Positions 1 through 13,353 of a stretch of 64,000 nt of DNA are shown here, in pieces. Within the stretch, counting starts at the first letter, position 1. The number at the start of each line of letters is the position of its first letter. The notes beneath the pieces are model-generated. The model was not told the DNA's origin. It ran no database searches and saw only the letters and a list, made by a program, of their open reading frames with translations. Source of the DNA: Laetmonice hystrix (Eukaryota); assembly GCA_965235115.1 (NCBI GenBank), contig OZ249436.1, positions 14,386,001 to 14,450,000 of the forward strand. Reading direction: 5' to 3'. Made by a program: the position numbers and the translations under genes.

Positions 1-618
1 CTCCCCTTGCCTTTATAATTTATTGCTCTCCTGTTATTTTCAAAACAGAAGCATTGTTGTGCTGAATACAGTTGATGTTGCTATTTGCCTACCTAATTCA
101 GAATTTCAACCAATGCACATACACATCACTGTTCGGATGACATTTGTAAATCTTGAACATACAGTGTAACGTGCAAGAGCAATAAGGGTCTCTTTTGGCT
201 ACATGTCATTTCTGATTGCATGTATCCACTGCAGGGCTCAAACACACTTTGGCAAATTATACAAGTAGAGTTTTTAGAAAAGGTGTGTGTCAGATGTAAT
301 CTGGTTCAAATCATTACTATTAATAGCAGTCTGTGAAAAGACAATTTTTGACCCAGGGTAGCCATTGTTCTTTTAGGAATTTGTTTAGTAAGATGGGTCC
401 TGCATCCAATCGTAGTGATGCTCTAGTGTGCAAAGTGTGGTACACGCTCTGATTGCATATCAAAAGTTTCTGAATCAGGAAGTAACGCTGTATGGATTAT
501 TCATCAACGTCTGCTAAATCAGTTGATATTAATACAATTGCAATTTACCTACCTGCAGTTCAAAATTTCAAACAATGAAGTACTTGGAAGTAATGGATTT
601 GCTTGACTTTTTATTCAG

Positions 619-3600
619 AGACCGACAGAGGCAACTGCGCAAATGGCAGAAGCAATTTGGAAAGCAACTGCAGGATCAAAACAAGAACAGGGTATGAGGA
701 TTTTACTTTTTTAATTATTTCACTGAGTCTTTTTGAGGTGAGAACCTTTTACTTTGGATACTGAAAGTACAATCTACAAGATCTTCTCTATCCACAGATT
801 CAGCAGAAACACAGGGAAGCCTCTGTGCAGGTTTTGGAGACTTGGATAGCTGTGGAGGAGATGGACTTCCCTCGTCTTGCCAAGCTCACCCTACCAAATG
901 TCGAAGAGCCAGTTGACTTGTAAGTTTGCCTGTCCTTGCTTTGAACCGCTGATTGTAAAGATTATTTTTTTGTTTTTTTGTCCTTTTTTTGAAAAACTTC
1001 TAGATTTAATTGCAATTTAAGAACAATAGGTCAAAACTTTTTTAACAGTATGTATACATCTGGCAGACAATCAATTTTAAAAGATTTTGAAAAATCAAAT
1101 TTTGAAAGCTGTGCTTATATTATAACCACAAAAAAATGGTTTGCTTGATTGCTTACAGGATGATGTGTGGATCTGTAGAGTACTATGACAAGCAATATGA
1201 TCGTGTTACAACAAAGAATGAGAAGAAATTGAAGAGAATCAATCGTGTGTTCCATAAAGTTACAACCACTGATGATCCAATAATCCGCCAGGTAGGATTT
1301 CGAAATATCTGTACCGGAATCTGGGGCCGGTTTTACTACTTTACTGAATGGGTTGCTAGGTCGAAAATAATGACCTAGCAACCATTCACTTCTATGTTAA
1401 ATTAGCGACATCGTTTAATAAGGACCTTTAGTAAAACCTGCCCCTGTACAAGAAGCCACAAATTGAAATGGAAGCAATTTAAAGATACTTTACCCTAATC
1501 CTGAATACCTTGGTTGGCTTAGAAATAATCAAACATATGACAGTCAGTAAAGAAATCATGAATAAATTCTGGCTTATTTCCAGTTGGCAAAAACACAGGG
1601 TAATGTGTTTGCTACAGATGCCATTATATCAACTCTGATGTGCTGCTGCCGGTCTTCCTACTCCTGGGATGTAGTTGTTCAGAGAGTTGGGAACAAACTC
1701 TTCTTTGACAAGCGAGATGACTCAGAATTTGGTAACTATGAGTGCTTTTTATTGATTTCATTCCGTTCACTGTATTCTTGAAGTGGTTAAGAATGCATAA
1801 GAGTTCTGATAAACCTTTCATTCGCTGTCAACATACAGAAATTGCTCAAACAGAGGAAGAATGCTGTACTAGCAATGCGAGTGTCTTAATAATGTTTTGA
1901 CCTTCCCTAGATCTGCTGACTGTGAGTGAGACTGCGACTGACCCCCCACAGGATGAAGGCAACAGTATAAATTCACCGCGCAACCTTGCCTTGGAAGCCA
2001 CCTTCATTAACCATAACTTCTCACAGCAGGTTTTGAAAATGGTGAGCTTTGATGGTGACAGCTGTTTTACAACATATAAAGGGCCTTGCCCTTGTTTCCA
2101 TTTGCCTTGTGATGTCCTTGAGATTTTGGGTTTAAAGAATGTAATCTGCGCTGTACATAGTATTTGCTTGCTGTTCTGAAAACAGGTTTTCGAATGGAAA
2201 TTGGAATAGAATGAGGCGAGAGGATTGGGAGTTGATAAGAAGCACGTTGATCATTAGAAATATTGTTGTGAATTCAACCCCAGAGATAGGCGCTTTCACA
2301 AGTTGTAGTTTTTGATAAATGATTTCTTTGTTACAGGGAGAGGACCGTCATGACTTTGACAATCCAAACCCATTCATCCAAGAAGAAGAGGAGTCAGACA
2401 TAGCTTCGGTAGCCTACAGGTATGACTTATCTGTAATCAGTTTGTAACTTACTTTTAATTTTTTTTTAAATCCAAACATTTGAGTGTATGTATTTCTTGT
2501 GAGAACAGTTGTAGACATTAATGCATATTCCTGTTTTGCTGTCAAGGTACCGAAAATTTAAGCTGGGCAATGATATAGAGCTGATTGTACGGTGTGAGCA
2601 TGATGCTGTAACAGTAGGACCAGCGGGTGAAATGCAGTTCATGAATATCAAGTCCTTGAATGAATGGGATCCTAAGGTATGTGCAGTGTCTTATCTGTCT
2701 CTTGTAATATAACAATTAAAACAAGTTTTATTGTTAAAACGTGAACTTCGAATGAAATACTATGCTGTAAAGCCATTGTGGAGATTTATATCAACATTAT
2801 TGATTGTTTTTTAATTTTTTATGATCAGCTCTCAGGTGGGGTTGATTGGCGTACAAAACTTGACAACCAAAGAGGAGCAGTACTGGCCACAGAATTGAAA
2901 AACAATTCAGTCAAACTTGCAAAGTGGACAGTTAATGCTCTTTTGGCAGGCTCTGACCAGCTCAAGTTCGGGTAAGTGATTCTCAGTATTAGTCCTCTTA
3001 CTCACACAATAAATAACTGCGGAAAACCTGCTCATACACTGAGTCATAGGTCCGTGTTCCAGTGTAGATTTTTTTCTTTGTGTACTGAAGTATTTTAAAA
3101 CGATTCATTATTTATTGACATGCTGAGATTTGCATATACATGTACAAGCATTGTTTAATCGTCTTTATGTTTGAGGTAATATATAAGGCTTGTGTTAAGT
3201 GACTCTCTTCTTAACTACAGCTATGTCTCACGTGTACACGTCCGCGACTCGGCCAAGCATGTCATTCTGGGAACACAACAATTCAAGCCAAATGAATTTG
3301 CCAACCAGATTAATCTGAACATGGAAAATGCATGGGGCATTCTGAGATGTGTTATTGATATCTGTATGAAACTCAGCGAGGGCAAATACCTGATCATGAA
3401 GGATCCAAACCGAGTAAGTAGTAATTAGATATGTACCAGATTTGTTTACTTCTCATAAAGAATTTTTTTAAGCAGAAATAAAGAAAGTACCATAGAAAGA
3501 GGCCACATTTTGAAAAAGATCACCCTCCCCAGCCAGCAGGCTGCAGTTGGCCCATCCTAAAGTGGCAGATGAAATATAATTTCTTTCATGGTATGGTAAG

Positions 3601-4055
3601 GAATGCCATTTGTTTTCAACATTATATAATTTTTCAAACAGTAAATCATATTCCATTGTGTTCCATATTAGGGTGTGATTCATATCTATGACATCCCCAA
3701 CAACACGTTTGAGAGTGATGATGATTCCGATTCTGAGACAAGTGAAGAGGAGGAGGAAGAAGAACGTAAGATTTTATGTTGATCTCCAATCAGTCAACTT
3801 TTAAACAAACAATTTTGTGTGTCAAGCGATAAAAGCATAAAGTCAACTAGTGTTAAACTTGTGAGTGGGGGAAAAAGTCATCGCTTTTACCGTAACCCTT
3901 ACATACCCAAGTGACCCTACTGGAGGCCATTGGCCTCCACTGCCAGGTCAATGCCCCCAAACATTGGCACTTGGTATTTTTCCCCCAGAATTGATACCTG
4001 TATACTGAACTGATCATTACGTTTTGCAATTGTTCCTCCAGGTGGTGAGAAGTAA
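619..4055 (+). CDS. EIF3D: Eukaryotic translation initiation factor 3 subunit D (5' exons lie upstream of the window)
   Basis: GT-AG exons 619-691, 798-919, 1159-1291, 1584-1731, 1911-2041, 2337-2419, 2547-2676, 2829-2971, 3221-3413, 3672-3765 and 4042-4055 (TAA) join in frame. Peptides match eIF3d: [124 protein letters not shown], then an acidic tail. Confidence 0.96.
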
Positions 4056-4399
4056 AAACCCCAAGGAATAGATGGATCCATGACGACAGTATTTGTATCA
4101 CTACTGGATGGACATTTCCTGGTCGGAGGTGACAACAGCCAGGAGATACTCGTCATTTTTATTATCACAAGTTTCCCTCATTGGCCTGTTCAGTACTGGA
4201 TACATACTTTAATCTGCCTCGAGTATCAACAAAAATATATATGCAGAATTATGTTATAAAACCTCAATGCTTTAGAATTTCTTTGTTAGCTACCAGTATG
4301 AACTGATGTATCGTACATGATTTACCCATTGAAATATTTAGACACAGAATATGGAAGTGTACTGGAAGAAAAATTTCAAATGCTCTTCGTCATGGTGTC

Positions 4400-4405
4400 A
4401 ATAAA
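4400..4405 (+). terminator. Probable polyadenylation signal of eIF3d
   Basis: AATAAA about 345 nt after the stop codon, followed by T-rich sequence. Confidence 0.5.
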
Positions 4406-4966
4406 AGTATGCTTAAAACCCCATTTTATATTCTTTTGAATATCTCTGTCAGTTTTTGCCATACAGTACATGGGTACTCTGGTTCAGCTTCAAGCTTAGT
4501 GGACATTAACTGGGACTAACTTAACCAAATGCACTGGTATGTAAATTTTTTGGACATTGGGGACTAATTTGATGAACCGAGAGTAAATGTGACCTTATAC
4601 AATGTCCTTGAGACATAGATCATACCCTGGAAGAACAACCCTTTCTCGTCCGTATTGAAAAATCTGGAGGTATCTGTACGGCGGACTGGGATACTGACAC
4701 CCGTTCAAATTGAGCGACCCTAAATATTTTATTAACAGGTGTCGCTACCTATTTCCCAAAGCAACTAAAGAGACCTCTATTGGAAAGCTACGAAATCAAA
4801 ACCAGACGCATGGCTGTGTCATTTTTACCGAGAAGATATCCGTATTTGTTTTTCTGAGGTGTAAAAACTGAATTTTTAGACTTTTTAAAGATCACTTCAG
4901 TGCTAAGAATTACTAACTCTGTCAACCAAGACCATGTCCACATGACATGCACGCATACTGCCATCA

Positions 4967-5075
4967 TGGCTGATGTATGTGATGACAAACTGAGGCAGGT
5001 AGAGGCCCCCCCCCCCATCTTGGCTGATGTATCTGATGACAAACTGAGGCAGGTAGAGCCCCCCCCCCCCCTCCT
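4967..5075. repeat. Two-copy tandem duplication (period about 54 bp)
   Basis: tggctgatgtat(g/c)tgatgacaaactgaggcaggtagag followed by a C run occurs twice. Confidence 0.8.
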
Positions 5076-5261
5076 CCCCCATTTCGGTGCACATTGAACC
5101 ACTGGTTGATGACATCACCAATGTTGAGAGGGAGGAAATTATCATGTGTCTGCCAAATCCAATATACATTTGTATACTGGAAGACCAAGCGACTGGCTGC
5201 CATCATACACGTGCTGACCAGGTGCCCCCTGACCCGACTAGTCAGATTCGACCCACCCTTT

Positions 5262-5499
5262 CAGGCGCGTGTCCGGGGGTGGGGGGGGGGGGGGTCCACA
5301 GAGCATGGATTTTTTCTAAGCATTCCCGCCGTTTTGAACCCTGAGCGATTTTTTCTAAGCATTCCCGCCGTGATGAATCCACAAAATATAATGCCCTAAA
5401 ATGGCCCTTAAATGGCAGGGAATCGCGTCTGAGCTTCTAATTTTAAAAAAGTTCCTGAGACGCCCCCCCCCCCTGCTGAAAATCCTGGACACGCGCCTG
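5262..5499. mobile_element. Non-autonomous DNA transposon (MITE) with 5-bp TSD, hAT5-like
   Basis: Perfect 13-bp TIR caggcgcgtgtcc/ggacacgcgcctg, flanked by ccttt on both sides, with internal G and C runs. Confidence 0.75.
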
Positions 5500-8400
5500 C
5501 CTTTCGTAGGGACGCCTGTGAATTATGACATCATCGGGAGTCGCATCCACACCAGACTAGTTTCTTGTAGTGAAGTTTGCCGAAATAATCATCCCTGTAA
5601 TTCTTAATTGATGTTTATGCAAATTTTACCTTGTGAACGTGTATAATTTTTTATTATTGCAGCCAATATGACGGTCCATTGCGGTCCAATGTACCCCGGC
5701 CCCCGGCTCAATGTGCCCCGGAGATGGGGGGGGGGGGGGGGGGCATTGAGCCATCAAATTAATTTTTTTTTTAAATAAATTTTTTATACTCTCCAGTGAT
5801 TGTGGCGCCAAGTGATTAAAGTAGTTAAAATAGTTAAGAAGCTATACTTCTCTTGAGACGGACAAATCTTTCCTCTTAATACATGCTGTATGTAAAGTAA
5901 TGATTGAAGGTGTTTTTTTAAAGAGTTTATTGACAGAAGTCATAGGATACACATGTAGAGGTACAATTTCCAACATTAGGAGAAAACTTCCACAAAAGTT
6001 TCGCTCTGACAGTAGTTCAGCATATTTACAGGGAGTGTATCGGCTTGAAAGATAAGTGAATACTGTTTGGTATCTGTATGTGGCTCTCATTTTGTCAGAC
6101 GTGATACGTAACCCTTGAGCCCTTCAGTATCTCTGTCTCTATAGATATAAAACCACAGAATTTGGATTCAACCATTAAAACAAAATACTGCTAAATCTTT
6201 GAAAAATAATGCCATATGGCATGAAAAATTATATTTCCTGAGTAAGATAACATTTAAATGCGTTCTAAGATGATTCTGTGCTTACCTAATTCGAGGTCTT
6301 CTAATACACTTCGAGCAGTACATTACAATGTTTTGAATACTTTCAATTCACTGGTAGCATATACTTTGTGTGTATTTAAAAACCACCTCAAACATAAAAA
6401 CCCCTCTTTAAACTCTGCGAGAACGTTCAATGCTCAAAACTCGCTGGTTATTAAACCCAAATGACCAGGCAACGTCTGTTCTCTCAACATACCTGCATCT
6501 CAAGAACACCTTAACCCTTCAAACTTAGTCTTCACATTCATTCATTTCGGGTCAGTTTTCCTCTAACTACTGATGGTCACCATTGGTGAAACTGACAGAA
6601 CGCTGACTTGATTGAAGGGCAGGATTCTCCTTTAAAAGGTACCTTGAACTTTCTATCACAGCCACGGTGTAGGACTTGGTTAGCTTGCTGCGAAGTTCTA
6701 CTGGTAGAGCTACCTCTAGGAATTCGGAAAATATCGGATGAGCCCGCAATGAGCTTTCTCTTTCCATGGGAGTGTCTCAAGTGAAATGTCATTCCGACGA
6801 CAGCTTCTTGAATGGATTCATATCACCGTACATAGCCAGTTTATCTACTTCTATGTGCTAAACATCTGCTTTAGGTTTTAAGCTGGCTGACTACTGCCAT
6901 TACAAACGCGTACGTACCCCTAATAACACAACATCCTGATTCATGGCTTATGTAATAACTGGCTGCATTAAAACTACACATCCAGCATGATAGAAGCTTT
7001 TAAAACACCAGCGAACACGTACACGAATATACACACTATTGTTTTAATTACCAATAACTCTGGTATGTGTATTTGTACAGAACCTGTTTAGAGACTCGGA
7101 GTTATAACAACCACTAATAGCACGTTCTTCAAAGTGAAGGACTGTCTAATCTAACCGATCATCAGGACAATGTGAGTGAGATTCAAGTATTTTTAAAAAG
7201 AACCCGACTTTAGATAATTATGGAAGCTACGATAAATCACACGTGAAAAATATCAAAGATATGGGTGGTAGACAACAAGACTTATCTCAACTCCTGTGTG
7301 AATGGGTGGGTGGGGGGAGGAGATGCACCCGAAAGTCACGTGTCACCATATAATTAAACCAGAAACTGCTGAGCGAAACCCATGTTGACCAGACGAACTT
7401 TCTAGCTGGAAACATACATGTATGATTTTATACTAAAGCAAGACCCTGAATATGGCACTTTATAATTTATACTTTAAGAGGTCCATATAGCCTACACTTT
7501 TTGAGAAGAGAAGACTTGTAATTATTCTACTTATTTCCTTCGGGCGCTACAAAACTTTAAAATCTGAAAAACAATTTCTACGTCACATTGGTATAACCAA
7601 ATGCGTAACCAAATGGGTACATGTAACTTACCCTACATGATACTGGTTGTTATTTGAGTTTGTTTGGAATGCTTTAAGAGGTATTTAATCCCTGACATAC
7701 ATTAACGATATTCAGTTTAGTATTCTGAATAACGAATACGTTTGGATGCATTTTTATAACCAAATGCTAAATAGGCAAAATGAATTATTATTGCATACCA
7801 GATCGTTTGTAAAATAGGGTCTATAAATCATCTGACAGTGAGATCGAGTAAGTTACACTGAGTGGCTTTCTTTCCTGATGCAAATTCATTTCAAAATTTC
7901 TATCTGACACCCTCGCCATTCCTGGTCGATTTCAGCCATAAGAATCTTTTCGTCCGGACCTAGATACTGCAATAATGCATTATTAAGCAACAGTTGGCTA
8001 GCTCTGGTTTTGCTAAGGACGTTAACTACGTTTTTCACCTCTCAAAGGATGCATACAGTTTAGCATGCAAACTGTAGAGGTTATAGCTTGATTTAATCAA
8101 TTTTCCATCTTATGAAAAGTTCGCCACATTAATGAGTAGAGGTCAATAAGGAGACATGGTCCTATCCAATTCACAGATGTAAGGACCAAGCAGAAATATG
8201 ACAAGCATTGTTTCATTTTTCCAGTCAAGGTCTGATTTCCTTCTACTATGGCAATCGTATTCCGAGTACCAGAGCTATCTAAACAACCTAAAGTCCGATA
8301 GTCTACAAAGGAATTGCAAGGTTGACTTACAAACTAACAACTTTGATATCTTCATCCTCTTTCACGACTGAAGATATTTAATACATCAACAATATTTCAC

Positions 8401-11400
8401 ATCCACAAAATAATGTTTTTAAAACCATGATTTCTCATCAAAAGCTGCCTTTGATTAGTTTACTTGATTCTCACTTTCTTGAGATCTGGCCTTAACGTGT
8501 ACGGGTTAAACCCACTGTCTTGTGCCACATTCAACTGGGTCATAAAAGTTTTACCATGGGTGCTCCATCTCGTGTGCACAACCATTGCAGGGGGAGTTTC
8601 TTACAGTCTCAGGAGGCGAGTTCCTTCTATATTAATTGGTAGTTAATTAAAACTAATTAAACGATGATTGATGCAGCCTTAGTATAGTAATTCATCATTG
8701 TGTACCAGACTCGCACTACGGTAATACATGACTACGAGAAACTTATTCCATAATTCTACCGATATTATTATAGACTTTTTTTTAACGGAACACTACAAAC
8801 AACTGGACAGCTTATGTTATGACTACCAGTAAACAGTAGAATGACCAGTGGTTTACTTCCATTGATTTCAGCTAAGGTAGTGAACATTACATTACAAATG
8901 GTCGCATAACATAAAACATCGTCACAAATGTATTATTATGGGGTCACAGTCGACACATGTCGCAGGTAAGTGCCTGTAATCCTGTATGCTACTTTCTTCG
9001 ATCCTAACGACTGAGACAATGCAATACTAGCACATTTTTAGAACCACAAACGGTTATCCAAACACAACTAAATGCACAAACAAAGGTAAATATGGCACTG
9101 GTTCTACAACCGATTACAGAGGTTATGTAATAAACAATACATTCTTGACTTGACTGCTGACAACTGCATTTAGTAAATATCTAATAATCCAATACCGGTA
9201 ACACTTATTACGTTTTCTACCGTACTTTAATTATAAAAAAACTCAAAAGTCAGTATGTTTCACCAGCATCCAAATTAATATTAAAGTGCATCGAACCGCA
9301 CAGACTATCAATATCTGATATAAGATATAATAGAAGTATTCCACCTTTGGCAGATCTGCACCAAGGAAAAGTTGCCGATCCCAGAACTTTGCTAAGGATT
9401 TTATCAACTACTATTATTGTCTTACTAAAATACCGTTACGGCCAGCTTAGGCATCCTCATTAAAATAGTGCTTTTACCAATATCCAGGGCCCTAGCTATC
9501 TGATTAGCCAGCTTCATTGGCAATTCAATCCTGGTAGCCAACATAATTGTGTCCTTGCTGGAAGAGATCTCGATGTACAATTCGCCAAAACTATCGTCGT
9601 TCTGAAAACCAATTTAAGAAATTAATCGTCATTGGCGGCTGAGTAACTAGGGCCCTGAATATCCACAGAAACCTTCAAAAAACACTGCCAGTTATTTTTA
9701 CGCCAGAGTCATTACTGTAACCGCCCACGTGGTGTCACTTACAAAATTTAAACTCTTATTTACATCCTACCGTCGAGCCACATTACAGTTTACACCGTAT
9801 TTCGCTTCATGCGCTCAGTTCTGCCCTAGATCTCTCGTATATTTCCTTGTCAGAGAAAAGTCCACAATCAGGATGACATACAAACAGTCAATTTGAAAAG
9901 CTCATAACTACAACATTTGCCAATAGCTACAGCTACAGCAATAAAAGGCAACTATTGAGTTGTCATCTTAAAAGAATCACAAGCATAAAGAAATTTACCA
10001 AACAATTATGTAATATTCAGATAAGGAGGAACAGCATGCTGAAAGCACAAGACGGCCTCATAGCCCTCGTTACTGTACAACGAATGGCACCTATGTCCCG
10101 GTACATCACAGTATACCAAAGGTTCCCCTCTTACTCATAGTCCTCGTCCTACTCATAGTTTTTGTCCTCCTCCTTGTCCTCCTCAACATAATCTCTACAT
10201 CCACATTTTGATGTTACTCATAGGGGATTGGCTTTCCATTCGTGGATAAAGCACTTCACATCTTGTTTTCTTCTTGACATACCTTCATATCCAGCAGCAC
10301 ATTTCAACGCCAGCTTCCAGAACTTAATGTATGTCTTTCAAATAGTTTCAAGTGCTGGCACTTCAATAATACAGTTCCTTGCAGGTCTGCTCTATCAATC
10401 ATTTTTCAACTTCAACCTGAACTGGTCAGTAAGTTTTTCTCAGCATTGCACACTCCATCTCCATCCTGTAGTTCAGAACCTCCTAAGACGTTCTCCATTT
10501 AGTGCAGCGGAGTCCATCTTCCCATCTGACGGTGCGCCTTTTTTCAAGCAGCAAGAAGTAATCTTGTCCTAACAATAACAACCAGGCACTCAGGTCCTTC
10601 GCTTCAATAAAGGGCAAGATACTAGCTCCACTGAGGCAGTGTCCTCCATCCTGCCTATCCGGTACCATCATCCACTCTTCGTAGTTGGTCATGGTTCGTT
10701 TCCTATTTCTTCCAACTGCGGTTTCCACCAGAACATGGAGGCACTAAAACGTCAGTTTTGTAAAGCCATGGAACACGCACGTCACGTGTTCTGTGTCAGT
10801 GACTGCCTCAACATTATCATTCCTCGTCACAACCGTCTCATACTTCTCCTGTAACGTCACGCCCTTTTTTACATTGCTTACTTCAATGGGGCACAATATA
10901 CCACGTCGTCCTTTGATTAGTCTTGCAACCTGTCCAAAGTTTCATAGCAGCATACTAGTCTCAGTTCCTTGGATACAATTATAGTTTCCAAGCTTTATCA
11001 CTTTACCTCATGGTGTGGCAATGACATCACACATGATTTTGTCACATCTTTTACAACTTGTAAACTTAAGGGATAATGGCAACTTGCTATATATGCATAG
11101 GGCATAAATCACAAAATGCAATAATCCAACTACCCTGATATATGATATCAACACTACCACAATGCAATTCCAGTCAGGAAAAGTTTAGTCAGAATAAAAA
11201 AAAGGCAAACCACATGCAATTTAAAACGCTCTTCTTTGGTTTTCGTTTAAAGCGTCTCTGCAACATAAGTTTAAAGCAAGACAACTTTCTACTGGGATTA
11301 GAATAGTTGCACCAAACCTGCTTACACTTTCCTCAAGTACAGTTTTTGAGCAAATAACGGAGGTAATAATCATAGTGCATTCACAAAAAAGCACGGCAGA

Positions 11401-11563
11401 GCCAAAGCCCTAATAGTATTGCTGGACCACCTTTACAAGAAGGCAAAGCTTGGCGCCGGTAGCGACACCAACCGACGATGGTGGCGCCACCTACTAATAC
11501 TTCAGTGGGTCTACACGATTGTATGCTGGTGCACCCAGGCTGACGACATGGCCAGTTTAATTA

Positions 11564-11615
11564 CGATCTGCCAGTCCTGACTACAATCTCGATCTGCCAG
11601 TCCTGACTACAATCT
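11564..11615. repeat. Perfect 26-bp tandem duplication
   Basis: cgatctgccagtcctgactacaatct occurs twice in tandem. Confidence 0.85.
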
Positions 11616-13353
11616 AGCATCGATTATTCAATGTGCACAGCAAACAAAATATTCAATAAGCTTGTAAGTAATTATATACACTCACATCACTCAAACCTTG
11701 ACGTATGTCTATCACGTCCATCACACCTATGTTATGTCCTGCACTAAAGGATCTACCAGAAACCCCATCTACCCTAGTTACAATATCAGTGCTTTCCAAT
11801 ACCTCCAATCATCTCATGTGATTCCAATTGTTAAAGATACATGGAACCCACGAGACCATTAGACGTACATGTGTACATGCTAATTAAGTTTACGCAGTGG
11901 ATATATGATTAACATTTAGATTTGCCTCACCCAGTAGATCAACCACTCGGTCACCACGCAGACATAACACCTGTTGTGATAAAATACCTGCTTGATCTTT
12001 CTCCTGCACGGTCGTCTCCTAATCTCATCAAAAGCAATCACCAAACTGGTAACTGGCACCGGTACAGCATTTTATTCACCCTCCACCTTTTTTTAACCTT
12101 TTCAATAACTTTTTAACAACTAACTGTACAATTTCTAAGCATGAAACTAACGGCTACTTTGTCATCACATTAAGAAGAGAGATTCTATACGTCAATAATC
12201 CGTGCTGACACTGGCGGGTTACCCTGGATAAGCTCAGGGGTCGACATATGCACCACACATGATCACCATCACATTAGCACCACAAACTAGACCCAGATAA
12301 AACAACACCACCTTATCCAGTGTGGAGTTATAGTTCTACAATTAAACATCATTATCTGCATTTCTTAAACTATACCATTACCAAATAGATCCAACAAAGT
12401 TTCTGTTGGACTAAATGTTTCTTAAATCTTTCAACTATTTTTAGCAATTTTAATGCAAAAATTTCGGAAACTCCCGGCGATGCAGTCAATGTTGTTTGAT
12501 TGAACGTTGTCTATTCTGTAACTTCACATTAAATGTTGAGTCTTTATCAATATATTCCCTTTTCAACTCACCCAAGGCTAATCGTCACTTCTACCACTAA
12601 CCAATAGTGTTGATCTGCGTCAGCAGTAAATGATAAACATAATGTAGCCCTACATAAACAGCTAGACTAGGCTGTTAGCCTAATAACTAGCACACTAAGG
12701 TTAAACAAAAACGATGTACATGTATTTGTGTCTGCTCACTCCACAATCAAAGGTATACAGCCAAGTATATAACAAATATATACCACCATTACATAGACTT
12801 CATACATTAAGTCATGTAAAGTTGTGCGCTCTGTGCCTATATATCCCCTGTACAAATGTATGCTACAAATGTCTGTGCGATTATAGCAGCAAATGAATGC
12901 TTCTTGCTGTGCACTAGCCAAAAGGTCTACGAATTCAGTGCGCCACGACTTTATTAACGTCAAGGCCACTGACCCTGGATTCTCCGCACTACACTGTTCA
13001 TTTAACTTCATTATGTTTGCTGTGCTACCCAACTTAAAGCTTAACATAAGTCCAGGTACATATACTTTCTCTACTTTTCTGTTCTATCTCTCACTTAAAC
13101 CATGGCTGAATAAGATGATTTACCATACACTCCAATTTCCTTCCCCCACGCTTTATTACTGTAACCTAACTGGACTTTACAAGAGAACCTAAAACACTCA
13201 GAAGTTTAGAGAGGTTGAAGAGAGAATTTAAGACAGATACTATATTTGATAACCTAAGTTAGCTATCCCTCTCTCCCTATGATACAATGAGGTTAAACCA
13301 ATGAGGTTAACCGTGTTACGACCTGGGTGTGACGTATTCATACGGGGTGTCGT

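Noticed and set aside
10130..10990. Cluster of short ORFs with an acidic-looking stretch
   Set aside because: The frames are short and interrupted, and I could not recognise any homology.
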